The translations under genes were made by a program, and so were the position numbers. Shown here in pieces: positions 21,202 to 29,492 of a stretch of DNA of 64,000 nucleotides. Source of the stretch: a bacterium (lineage in GTDB: Bacteria > Ratteibacteria > UBA8468 > B48-G9 > DTJG01); NCBI GenBank assembly GCA_021800535.1, contig JAJYYV010000005.1, positions 3,607 to 67,606 on the forward strand. Direction: 5' to 3'. A model generated the notes under the pieces. That model searched no databases. It worked only from the letters and a program-made list of their open reading frames with translations, and was not told where the DNA came from. Numbering within the stretch: position 1 is the stretch's first letter; the number at the start of each line of letters is the position of its first letter.

Positions 21202-22071
21202 TTATTTCTGGGAAAGATAAGAAATTATTTTATATGCTAACTTTGCTGAAAAGAAAGAAGAAGTGCTATAAGGATGTTTAGGCGCAAGTTCAACAATATC
21301 AACTCCTACTACATTTTTTGAGATAATAAGCCTTCTTATAAATTTTAAACAGGAATACCAATTCAGTCCTCCAGGTTCCGGTGTTCCTACTTCAGGAACA
21401 ATAGCCGGGTCAAAAACATCAAGGTCAATAGTTAAATAATAATTGCCGTCAGGAATATTATTGGCAAAATTTTCCAAAGGTTTATCATGAATGTTTATAT
21501 CAAAAAACATATGATTTAATTTACTTTCTGAAATAAATTCAAATTCTTCTTTTGATAAACTTCTTATTCCAAAACTAAATACTTCACATCCTGATTCTAC
21601 GATTCTTCTAATAACACAAGCATGGTTATATTTACTACCCTCATAAGATTTTCTCATATCAGCATGTGCGTCAAGATGTATGACTTTAAGGTCAGGATAA
21701 AATATTCTATGTTTTTGGATTAAAGGGACACTGATTGAATGTTCACCACCAAGACTTATAATAAATTTTTTATCTTCAAGATATTTTTGTACTGAAATTT
21801 CTATTTTTCTAAACATTTGGGGAACAGAATTGCTTTCAATAGATATTTCAGGTAATGTAAAGATTCCCACCTGTTTATAAGGTTCAGATTTAATTTCTTC
21901 ATCAAAAAGTTCTAAATATCTGGAAGAAAGGATTATTCCTTCAGGGCCAAATCTGGTTCCTCTGCCAAATGAAACTGTTGCTTCATAAGGTATAGGTAAA
22001 ATAAGAAATTTTGATTCTTCATAAGGAGGATTTTGCATTCCTAAAAAAGTATATGTGAAAGTTTCATTCAT
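21202..22071 (-). CDS. speB: Agmatinase
   Basis: GTRFGP, GGEHSIS, HLDAHAD, TIDLDVFDP, GTPEPGGL; start at MNETF. Confidence 0.95.
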   Translation of the reverse strand: MNETFTYTFLGMQNPPYEESKFLILPIPYEATVSFGRGTRFGPEGIILSSRYLELFDEEIKSEPYKQVGIFTLPEISIESNSVPQMFRKIEISVQKYLEDKKFIISLGGEHSISVPLIQKHRIFYPDLKVIHLDAHADMRKSYEGSKYNHACVIRRIVESGCEVFSFGIRSLSKEEFEFISESKLNHMFFDINIHDKPLENFANNIPDGNYYLTIDLDVFDPAIVPEVGTPEPGGLNWYSCLKFIRRLIISKNVVGVDIVELAPKHPYSTSSFFSAKLAYKIISYLSQK

Positions 22072-22081
22072 TTTATATTTT

Positions 22082-22630
22082 TTAAAATACAAAGACAGCA
22101 GATGCGATTACAGTAGTCCATAAACCATTTTTATCGCCAATAGCAGATTGTGTAATATTAGTTGTTTTGATTATCTGTGAAGACATTCTCCAGATTTGTT
22201 TTTTTTCATCATATGATGAATTTGGGTCAAATTCAACACCAAGAATTGTTGCTAACATTGTAGCGGCTAAATCTTCTGCATAATCACCTGCTTTTTCTTC
22301 TGTTTCTCCAAAACTTTCATGTTCAGATAGATAGCCATATTGATTTGTATCTTTGGGAATAGCAAGACCTACTGAAGAAGTAATAAGCCTATGAGGTTCA
22401 TTTGTTGAATTTCTACTCATAACAACAAATATAATCTGACCTGGTCTTAAAAGTGAAAGTCCTTCTGTTTTTGAAATAAGTTTACAATTTGGAGGGAAAA
22501 TAGAAGATATTGATACAAGATTAAATTGAGCAATATTTGCATTTCTTAATGCTCTTTCAAAACTTGTCAGCTTTTCCCTGTCTTTACCAACCCCTTTTGT
22601 AAGAAAAACTTTTTTAGGAACTGTTTCCAT
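22082..22630 (-). CDS. pdaD: Pyruvoyl-dependent arginine decarboxylase
   Basis: [30 protein letters not shown] (S-S cleavage site), GYLSEH; adjacent to speB. Confidence 0.9.
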   Translation of the reverse strand: METVPKKVFLTKGVGKDREKLTSFERALRNANIAQFNLVSISSIFPPNCKLISKTEGLSLLRPGQIIFVVMSRNSTNEPHRLITSSVGLAIPKDTNQYGYLSEHESFGETEEKAGDYAEDLAATMLATILGVEFDPNSSYDEKKQIWRMSSQIIKTTNITQSAIGDKNGLWTTVIASAVFVF

Positions 22631-22734
22631 TTTTATAAATTAAAACACTAAAAAATTTTTTGTCAAAAAAATTTTTACAAAGTAAGATAGATAAAATAGA
22701 AATGTGAAATAATGTAAAAGGAGAAAAGAGAGAG

Positions 22735-23820
22735 ATGGAATATAAAAAAAACTTTGAAGAGATTATACCTTATTATGAAGCATTTTGGAATTGTGAGATT
22801 TTAAATAAACCTGCATTTTTAATAACAGCACCCGGAAATAAACATTACCAATATAAATTTAACTGGAGTTGTTGGGACCCAAAAAATGTTTTTAATTATT
22901 CATCTGAACAAATTTTGGATGCATTTGAAGATAGTATTAACAATACATTTTTTGGCGGACTTGCTATTCCATTTTTTTGGCCTAATTTTGGACCTGATGT
23001 TTTTTCAGGATTTCTTGGTACTCCAATAAAATTTTCTGAAGATTCCCAGGGAACTTCATGGATTGATTGGTCTTTTAATGCTTTGAAATCTTATGATGAT
23101 TTATCCTGTCTTTCAATCAAAGAAGAAAATCCTTTTTATAAAAAGAATATAGAACTGATAAAAATGGCTGTTGAAAGGGCTCATGGAAAATTTATAGTAG
23201 GGGCTACAGACCTTCATGGAGGATTTGATTCTCTGTCTGTTTTAAGAAATGGACCTGATAAAGCCTGTCTGGATGTTATAGAAAATGCAGATGGAGTAAA
23301 ATCTGCTATGAGAAAACTTTTTGATGTCTGGAAAAAAATATATGATGATTACTATGATATAGTTAAAGACAAGCAAAAAGGAACAACTTCATGGATAAAT
23401 ATATGGAATCCATCTGGTAAAATGTATCCTGTGCAGAGTGATCTTTCATGTCTTGTTTCCTCATCAACATATAAAGAATCTTTACTTGAAGAAATTTTAT
23501 CCGAGATTGAATATTTAGATTATTCTATTTATCATTTAGATGGCGTTGAAGCTCTTCAGCATCTTGATATCCTTCTTGATATTTCCAGATTAAATGCAAT
23601 TCAATGGGTGCGGGGTGCCCGTTTTGATTCTGAAAGTATAGAAAAGTGGTTTCCTTTATATAAAAAAATACAGGAGAAGAAAAAATCTATTGTTGTATAT
23701 CCCAAAATAAATGAAATAGACCTTGTTCTAAAAAATCTAAAACCAGAAGGTTTATTTATACAAATGCATGTTTCTTCTGAAGAAGAAGCAAAACAAATAA
23801 TGAAAAAAGTAGGTTGGTGA
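22735..23820 (+). CDS. URO-D/cobalamin methyltransferase (MtaA/CmuA-like) superfamily protein
   Basis: NFGPDVFS, DLHGGFD, QSDLSC, YHLDG, AIQWV motifs of this TIM-barrel family. Confidence 0.7.
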   Translation: MEYKKNFEEIIPYYEAFWNCEILNKPAFLITAPGNKHYQYKFNWSCWDPKNVFNYSSEQILDAFEDSINNTFFGGLAIPFFWPNFGPDVFSGFLGTPIKFSEDSQGTSWIDWSFNALKSYDDLSCLSIKEENPFYKKNIELIKMAVERAHGKFIVGATDLHGGFDSLSVLRNGPDKACLDVIENADGVKSAMRKLFDVWKKIYDDYYDIVKDKQKGTTSWINIWNPSGKMYPVQSDLSCLVSSSTYKESLLEEILSEIEYLDYSIYHLDGVEALQHLDILLDISRLNAIQWVRGARFDSESIEKWFPLYKKIQEKKKSIVVYPKINEIDLVLKNLKPEGLFIQMHVSSEEEAKQIMKKVGW

Positions 23821-24575
23821 TAAAACTTTGTTGTTTTTGAGTCAAAATTTAAAATTAGGAGATTTTGATAATTTTTTTTGACAGAAAATAATTAAAAGAA
23901 ATAAAATAAAAATATAAAAACCCATCTCAATGGTTTGCAGGAAAATTTCTTGGGGAAAAGGAAGGTAGAAGTCTATCTAAAATATGTGCTGATAAGATGC
24001 AAATTACCGTATCTAAATGTCATTTCCTATTGTTTATTGGTTTATCAATTACTTTTTTAATTTTCACAAAAGTTGAAATAAATCATCTAAAAAAAATATG
24101 TAATAAAATTCCCCAAATAGAAAAATTGGCAAAACTTGGGGATAATTAAATAAATACAAGTAAAACACTTAAAACACTGCGTAATTTTACTCGTCTATTT
24201 ATAGTAATCTATTAGCCCAAAAAGTAACTTATCCTGAAAAACGCTTGACACATCAACAATATAACCAAAATTTTTCTGACATAATTCCAACAACAAAAAG
24301 TCAATCAACAAGTAAATCATACAAGAACAATGGGTATAATTAAACAAATGGGTCAATCTATACATTTATGGCAAAAGTTCCACGAAAAAGTAAAAAAGTG
24401 TATAAAAATTCAAAAAGCAACTCTATTTGAACAGAAAAACGGGGTATGAAGAAGTGTTTAATTAGGGTATAATCTATTTGGACACTTTTAAAAAGTAGAA
24501 AATTTGCGGGGAATAAAATTCGAGGTGTTTTACTCCTAAATATGTATTTTTACCCAATATAATAAAAAAAATACG

Positions 24576-25412
24576 ATGGGCAAAAGACAAATTAAACATT
24601 TGAAAACAAAATATATCGCAAACAATATTACTTTATACTTCCATCCTGAGGATCATGAAACGGCAAATATAGTTGAATCAGCATGTTTACGGAGTATTTC
24701 CATTATTAAAGAAACATGGCACCTTTCTTTATCCAAACGATGTTGTATTTATATAATGACTTCTTGGATCCGTTTTATTTTTCAATTTGCACCTTGGTAT
24801 GTAAGAATTTATTATGTTTTCTATTATTTCTCTTGGGCTGAACATTTTAGAAAGATTTGGCCTGATATTGGAGGATGGACATTAAATTATGCAACTCGAA
24901 CTGTAATTGGCATAAAATCTCCACGATTGAGAGATATAAAAGATATAAATTTTAATATTGGGAAGATTATTTTTACACCAGAATCTGACATTAACAAACA
25001 CATTCAACATATTGTTTGTCATGAAATGACTCATGCATTTTGCGCTTCACTAAAACTTCCTATGTGGTTAAATGAAGGAATTGCTATGATTACTGTTGAC
25101 AAATTCTTTGAAAAAATGACCGTAGCAAAAAAACCCTTAGAAGTCATGAGCATGTTTTCACAGAAAAATCGAATTGCAGGATATAAAAATTTGATATATA
25201 TGAAACCCGAAGAAGTGGCTTATAATTACCTGCACGGTTATTGGATTACTCGCTATCTCATGGAAACACAACCAGAGTTATTGATGGAAATTCTTAGTAA
25301 AAAAATAAATGAATGGGTTCTATATAGTAAACTTACTTTATCTTTGAATATCAGTCAAAAAAATTTTTGGCAAGATATAGATAATAAAGTCACAAAATAT
25401 TTCAGTTATTAA
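24576..25412 (+). CDS. Putative zincin metallopeptidase (peptidase MA-like)
   Basis: HEMTH followed by PMWLNEGIA (HExxH...NEG gluzincin pattern). Confidence 0.7.
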   Translation: MGKRQIKHLKTKYIANNITLYFHPEDHETANIVESACLRSISIIKETWHLSLSKRCCIYIMTSWIRFIFQFAPWYVRIYYVFYYFSWAEHFRKIWPDIGGWTLNYATRTVIGIKSPRLRDIKDINFNIGKIIFTPESDINKHIQHIVCHEMTHAFCASLKLPMWLNEGIAMITVDKFFEKMTVAKKPLEVMSMFSQKNRIAGYKNLIYMKPEEVAYNYLHGYWITRYLMETQPELLMEILSKKINEWVLYSKLTLSLNISQKNFWQDIDNKVTKYFSY

Positions 25413-25415
25413 AAA

Positions 25416-26015
25416 ATGTTAAAAAAAATATTATTAAAATGGCAATTTTGGTTATTAGTTTTATCAGGAGTTTTATGTATTTTAATCTTACAAGATTTTT
25501 TTATACAAAGAGAATTAAAAACGGAAAACAAATTCTTATGGTTTTTTTCAGAATATTTATGTACTCAACTTGCGAATAAAGGACATCTTGATTATGGTAC
25601 AAAACTTAATTTAGCCTTTTTAGTGGGTGAGCAAAATCTTCCCTTATCTCTTCAAGAATATAAAAATCTTATTAAAGAAAACCCAAAAAATGCTGAAGTT
25701 TATTATCTTTTATCCTCAAACTATTTTATGAAAAAATCTTTTGGAGAGGCAATTAAAGAAATTCATAAGGCTATAGAGTTAGAACCTTCTAACCCTCAAT
25801 ATAGATTTGCCTTAGGGTTTTTTTATGAAAAAAATGGAGATTTAAAAAATGCTTTGAAGTCATATAAAAAAGCCTTAGAAATTTATCCTAAAAATGGTAT
25901 ATATCAAAATGTTGATATGGAAAGTTGGTTTCCAAAACAAATAATTAAAAGTGCATATCTTAGAGTTTCAAAACAATTACAGGTTTTTTCTCCCTTGAAT
26001 GACAATGAACCCTAG
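25416..26015 (+). CDS. Membrane-anchored tetratricopeptide repeat protein
   Basis: N-terminal hydrophobic helix; TPR units (KAIELEPSN, KKALEIYPKN). Confidence 0.8.
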   Translation: MLKKILLKWQFWLLVLSGVLCILILQDFFIQRELKTENKFLWFFSEYLCTQLANKGHLDYGTKLNLAFLVGEQNLPLSLQEYKNLIKENPKNAEVYYLLSSNYFMKKSFGEAIKEIHKAIELEPSNPQYRFALGFFYEKNGDLKNALKSYKKALEIYPKNGIYQNVDMESWFPKQIIKSAYLRVSKQLQVFSPLNDNEP

Positions 26016-26048
26016 CCCTTCAGGGGAGAGAGATTGGATGAGGGGTGA
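25989..26048. repeat. REP-like GC-rich palindromic remnant
   Basis: TCTCCCTTGAA (25989-25999) pairs with TTCAGGGGAGA (26019-26029), followed by GGATGAGGGGTGA. Confidence 0.4.
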
Positions 26049-26250
26049 TAATAACCTTGTGCCCGGGACATGGATTACAACCTATACATACGACTACAAT
26101 AACCTTTTAACAGAAATATCCACCACACAGCATGGTGGATACCCTACAAAATGGGTACAATTCCTGAACAACAAGACAGAAATATTCCGCAACTGCAATT
26201 GTGAACAAAAAGAGTATATAAGAAAAATGTGAGAGGACAAGTAAGCCAAA

Positions 26251-26450
26251 ATGAAGGCTTATGATAAAGGAATAAAAGAAGGGTTTGAAGATTATGCATA
26301 TCATATAAAATCACAAGGATTTACAGCAGATATAAATACTAACTTAATAGAGCGATTTCTCGGAACAATAAAAGAAAGAACTAAAACAACAAGAGGATTT
26401 AAGTCTTGGCAAACAGCAGAAATAATACTTGAGAGATTTCAATCCTGCAC
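26251..26450 (+). pseudogene. IS6/IS240-like DDE transposase C-terminal fragment
   Basis: AY..GI...HI...NTNLIERFLGTIKERTKTTRGFKS resembles the N-x-x-E catalytic region of IS6-family transposases; no N-terminus. Confidence 0.7.
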
Positions 26451-26471
26451 TTCTTATAGAGATTGCTATAC

Positions 26472-26544
26472 TGGGCGGTGCAGGATTTGAACCTGCGGCC
26501 TCTTCCGTGTGAGGGAAGCGCTCTTGCCGCTGAGCCAACCGCCC
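26472..26544 (-). tRNA. tRNA-Val (CAC)
   Basis: GGGCGGT acceptor stem, CTTCC-CTCACAC-GGAAG anticodon arm, GCAGG-TTCAAAT-CCTGC T arm; CCA not encoded. Confidence 0.96.
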
Positions 26545-26546
26545 TT

Positions 26547-27773
26547 TTAGTGTACAGGTAAAGAAGTAAAAATTCCCAATACTATAATAGCTAAAGATAA
26601 AAAATATACAAGGAATAATCTTCTTTTTGAATATGAATATTCCTTTAGTATTTTTTTATTGCTTGCCAGCACTATTAAAAATCCAAGTACAATAGGTAAT
26701 ACAAATCCATTAAATGCTTCTACATCAACCATTAAATTAACAAGTGGGATATGAGGTATAAGTATAATTATAGCACTAAGTACAATTACGGATATATAAA
26801 TACTATAAAATTTTTTTCCCTGGTTGAATTTTGTATTTAAAGAATGACTAAATCCCCATGTTTCTCCGGATGCCCAGGCAAAAGATACAGATACTACAAA
26901 AGCCGCAAGCATACTTAATGCATATAATCCTATAGCAAATAACAATATTCCATATTGACCTATAATAGGTTTTATTGCCTGAGCAAATATATAGAAACTT
27001 TTAAACGGCATATGGTATCTAAAAAGTGTAGATGCACCTAATATAACACCAACAATCATTAAAAATTGAGTGGCAAAACTTCCTATTAATGTATCCATTC
27101 TGGCTAATCTAAGATTATTACAACTTAAACCCTTGTCCACAGTAGCACTTTGTTGATAATATATCATCCATGGCATAATTACAGCTCCTATGTTAGCTGC
27201 TATAAGTAATAGATATCTTTTCTCATTTAAAGGCTGGCTGCTTATAATATTTTTTACGATATTTACATAATGTGGATGAGCAAGAATAGCCGCAGGAATA
27301 AGTATAAATCCTGCAAATGAAAAAAACAAAGCAATATTCTCCACCATTCTGTATTTACCTCTTAAAACCACCCAGATTAATATAAAAACACTAATTAAAA
27401 TAGAATATATTTTGGGAATATTAAATATTTCTCCACTTGAAGCAACGCCTGCAAATTCAGTTAACAAAGCGGAAAATACAACTGCCAATAATGTTACAGT
27501 AGTAAATATTGCCCATTTTTTACCATAGTATTCCCTTATTAATGCGCCATGACCTTTTCCTGTTACGCAACCAAGCCGTAATGATATTTCCTGAATTATA
27601 TAAAGTAATGGTATAAGAATTACTTGTAATAAAATAAGTTTATATTCATATTGTGCACCTGATTGTATGGCTGTTGCTGTGGAACCGGCATCCATATCTG
27701 CTATCATAACAATAAATCCAGGTCCCAAAATTTTTAATATATTAAATATTCTTTTTAATAAATTTCTATTCAT
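26547..27773 (-). CDS. NRAMP-family divalent metal transporter (Mg2+/Mn2+-type clade)
   Basis: GPG..VMIADMDAGS, RLGCVTGKG, ANIGAVIMPW, about 11 TMs. Confidence 0.9.
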   Translation of the reverse strand: MNRNLLKRIFNILKILGPGFIVMIADMDAGSTATAIQSGAQYEYKLILLQVILIPLLYIIQEISLRLGCVTGKGHGALIREYYGKKWAIFTTVTLLAVVFSALLTEFAGVASSGEIFNIPKIYSILISVFILIWVVLRGKYRMVENIALFFSFAGFILIPAAILAHPHYVNIVKNIISSQPLNEKRYLLLIAANIGAVIMPWMIYYQQSATVDKGLSCNNLRLARMDTLIGSFATQFLMIVGVILGASTLFRYHMPFKSFYIFAQAIKPIIGQYGILLFAIGLYALSMLAAFVVSVSFAWASGETWGFSHSLNTKFNQGKKFYSIYISVIVLSAIIILIPHIPLVNLMVDVEAFNGFVLPIVLGFLIVLASNKKILKEYSYSKRRLFLVYFLSLAIIVLGIFTSLPVH

Positions 27774-27821
27774 ATTTATAAATAATATAATAACACATAA
27801 TTAATCTGACTCCACACTTTT

Positions 27822-27849
27822 TTGACAAGTTTGACTTATTGTTTATAAT
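27822..27849 (+). promoter_or_regulatory. Sigma70-type promoter of glnA
   Basis: TTGACA-N16-TATAAT. Confidence 0.65.
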
Positions 27850-27870
27850 ATAATAATTATAAAAATATCC

Positions 27871-27922
27871 GGACAAAGAAGTCCTTTTTAAAATATAAAA
27901 TATTCATTTCAATGAAGAAGTG
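27871..27922 (+). promoter_or_regulatory. ANTAR-type tandem hexaloop RNA motif in the glnA leader
   Basis: GGAC-AAAGAA-GTCC and CATTTC-AATGAA-GAAGTG; both loops have A1 and G4 and a C-G closing pair; 20-nt linker. Confidence 0.65.
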
Positions 27923-27953
27923 AGTTTGAAGCATAATATAGACGGAGGAAAAA

Positions 27954-29417
27954 ATGGCTCAAATTAAAAGTGATGTTAATAAACAGGCTATAGAAAAAAT
28001 TTCTAAATTAATAAAGGATAATAAGATTGAAATAGTGGATTTAAAATTTAATGATTTACCAGGTCTATGGCAACATTTTTCTTTACCTATATCTGAGATT
28101 TCAGATATAGAAGATATATCAAAATCTATCTGGTCAGAAGGTATTGGTTTTGATGGTTCTTCAATCAGGGGATTTCAGAAAATTCATGAATCAGATATGC
28201 TTTTGGTTCCAGACCCGGCTACAGCAATATTAGACCCTGCATGTGAAATTTCCACATTGAGTATAATATGTGATATATATGACCCAATAACAAAACTTCC
28301 ATATACCAGGGACCCGCGTTTTATTGCCAGGAAAGCAGAAAATTTTCTTGTTTCATCCGGTATTGCAGATACCAGTTATTGGGGGCCGGAAATGGAATTT
28401 TTCATTTTTAATGATATCCGTTTTGACCAGACTGAAAATTCCGGATATTATTACATTGATTCTTTTGAAGGGGAATGGAATTCCGGCAGAGATGAAAAGC
28501 CTAATTTGGGATATAAACCACGATATAAAGAAGGTTATTTTCCTGTTCCGCCTCATGATTCTCTCCAGGATCTTCGCAGTAAAATAATTTTAACAATGAT
28601 TAAATCAGGAATTCAGATAGAAGTTCATCATCATGAAGTGGCAACTGCTGGTCAATGTGAAATAGATATGAGATATGGTGATCTTGTTAAAATGGCTGAT
28701 AGCTGTCTTTTATATAAGTATATTGTTAAAAATATTGCCAAAAAAAATAATATGGTGGCTACATTTATGCCAAAACCTTTATTTGGAGATAATGGCAGTG
28801 GAATGCATACACATCAATCACTTTGGAAAAACGGAAAAAATATTTTCTTTGATGCAAAAGGATATGGCTTAATTTCACAGACTGCAAAATATTATATAGG
28901 CGGACTTTTGAAACATGCTGATGCTTTAATGGCTTTTTGTGCACCAACAACCAATTCTTATAAAAGATTAGTCCCTGGATATGAAGCTCCTGTAAATTTA
29001 ACCTATTCTCAGAGAAACAGGTCTGCAGCTGTTCGTATCCCTGTTTATACAGATAATCCAAAAAGCAAAAGAATAGAATTCAGACCACCTGATAATTCTT
29101 CTAATCCATACCTTGCTTTTGCTGCAATGCTTATGGCAGGTTTGGATGGTATAGAAAACAAGATTGACCCGGGAGAACCTCTGGATAAAAATACATATGA
29201 ATTAACAGAATCAGAAATAAAAAAGATTCCAACTGTTCCAGGTTCTTTAGAAAAATCTTTAAATGCTCTGGAAAAAGACCATGATTTTCTTTTAAAGGAT
29301 AAGGTTTTTACAGATGACCTTATTGAAACATGGTTGGAATATAAAAGAGAAAGAGAAATAGACCAGATTAATATCAGACCTCATCCATATGAATTTTATC
29401 TTTACTTTGATATTTAA
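27954..29417 (+). CDS. glnA: Glutamine synthetase type I
   Basis: [44 protein letters not shown]. Confidence 0.98.
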   Translation: MAQIKSDVNKQAIEKISKLIKDNKIEIVDLKFNDLPGLWQHFSLPISEISDIEDISKSIWSEGIGFDGSSIRGFQKIHESDMLLVPDPATAILDPACEISTLSIICDIYDPITKLPYTRDPRFIARKAENFLVSSGIADTSYWGPEMEFFIFNDIRFDQTENSGYYYIDSFEGEWNSGRDEKPNLGYKPRYKEGYFPVPPHDSLQDLRSKIILTMIKSGIQIEVHHHEVATAGQCEIDMRYGDLVKMADSCLLYKYIVKNIAKKNNMVATFMPKPLFGDNGSGMHTHQSLWKNGKNIFFDAKGYGLISQTAKYYIGGLLKHADALMAFCAPTTNSYKRLVPGYEAPVNLTYSQRNRSAAVRIPVYTDNPKSKRIEFRPPDNSSNPYLAFAAMLMAGLDGIENKIDPGEPLDKNTYELTESEIKKIPTVPGSLEKSLNALEKDHDFLLKDKVFTDDLIETWLEYKREREIDQINIRPHPYEFYLYFDI

Positions 29418-29440
29418 CAAACACTAAATTAAGGAACATA

Positions 29441-29482
29441 TTACTGGAATGCGAAATATATAACATTTTCGCATTCCAGTAA
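29441..29482. promoter_or_regulatory. 16-bp perfect inverted repeat between glnA and gltB
   Basis: TTACTGGAATGCGAAA ... TTTCGCATTCCAGTAA with a 10-nt loop. Confidence 0.7.
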
Positions 29483-29492
29483 CCATCTTATT

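Noticed and set aside
21054-21281. 75-aa ORF (MNPSRYHR...)
   Set aside because: Reads through the palindromic element and overlaps speB on the opposite strand; likely non-coding
23821-24575. Direct-repeat att site matching the tRNA-Val 3' end
   Set aside because: No convincing copy of TGGGCGGTGCAGG found by eye
26344-26538. 64-aa minus-strand ORF
   Set aside because: Starts within and overlaps the tRNA-Val gene; spurious
27860-27953. Glutamine (glnA) riboswitch
   Set aside because: The three-way junction and conserved CGUU...GGAAG core are not recognisable; the double-hexaloop ANTAR motif fits better
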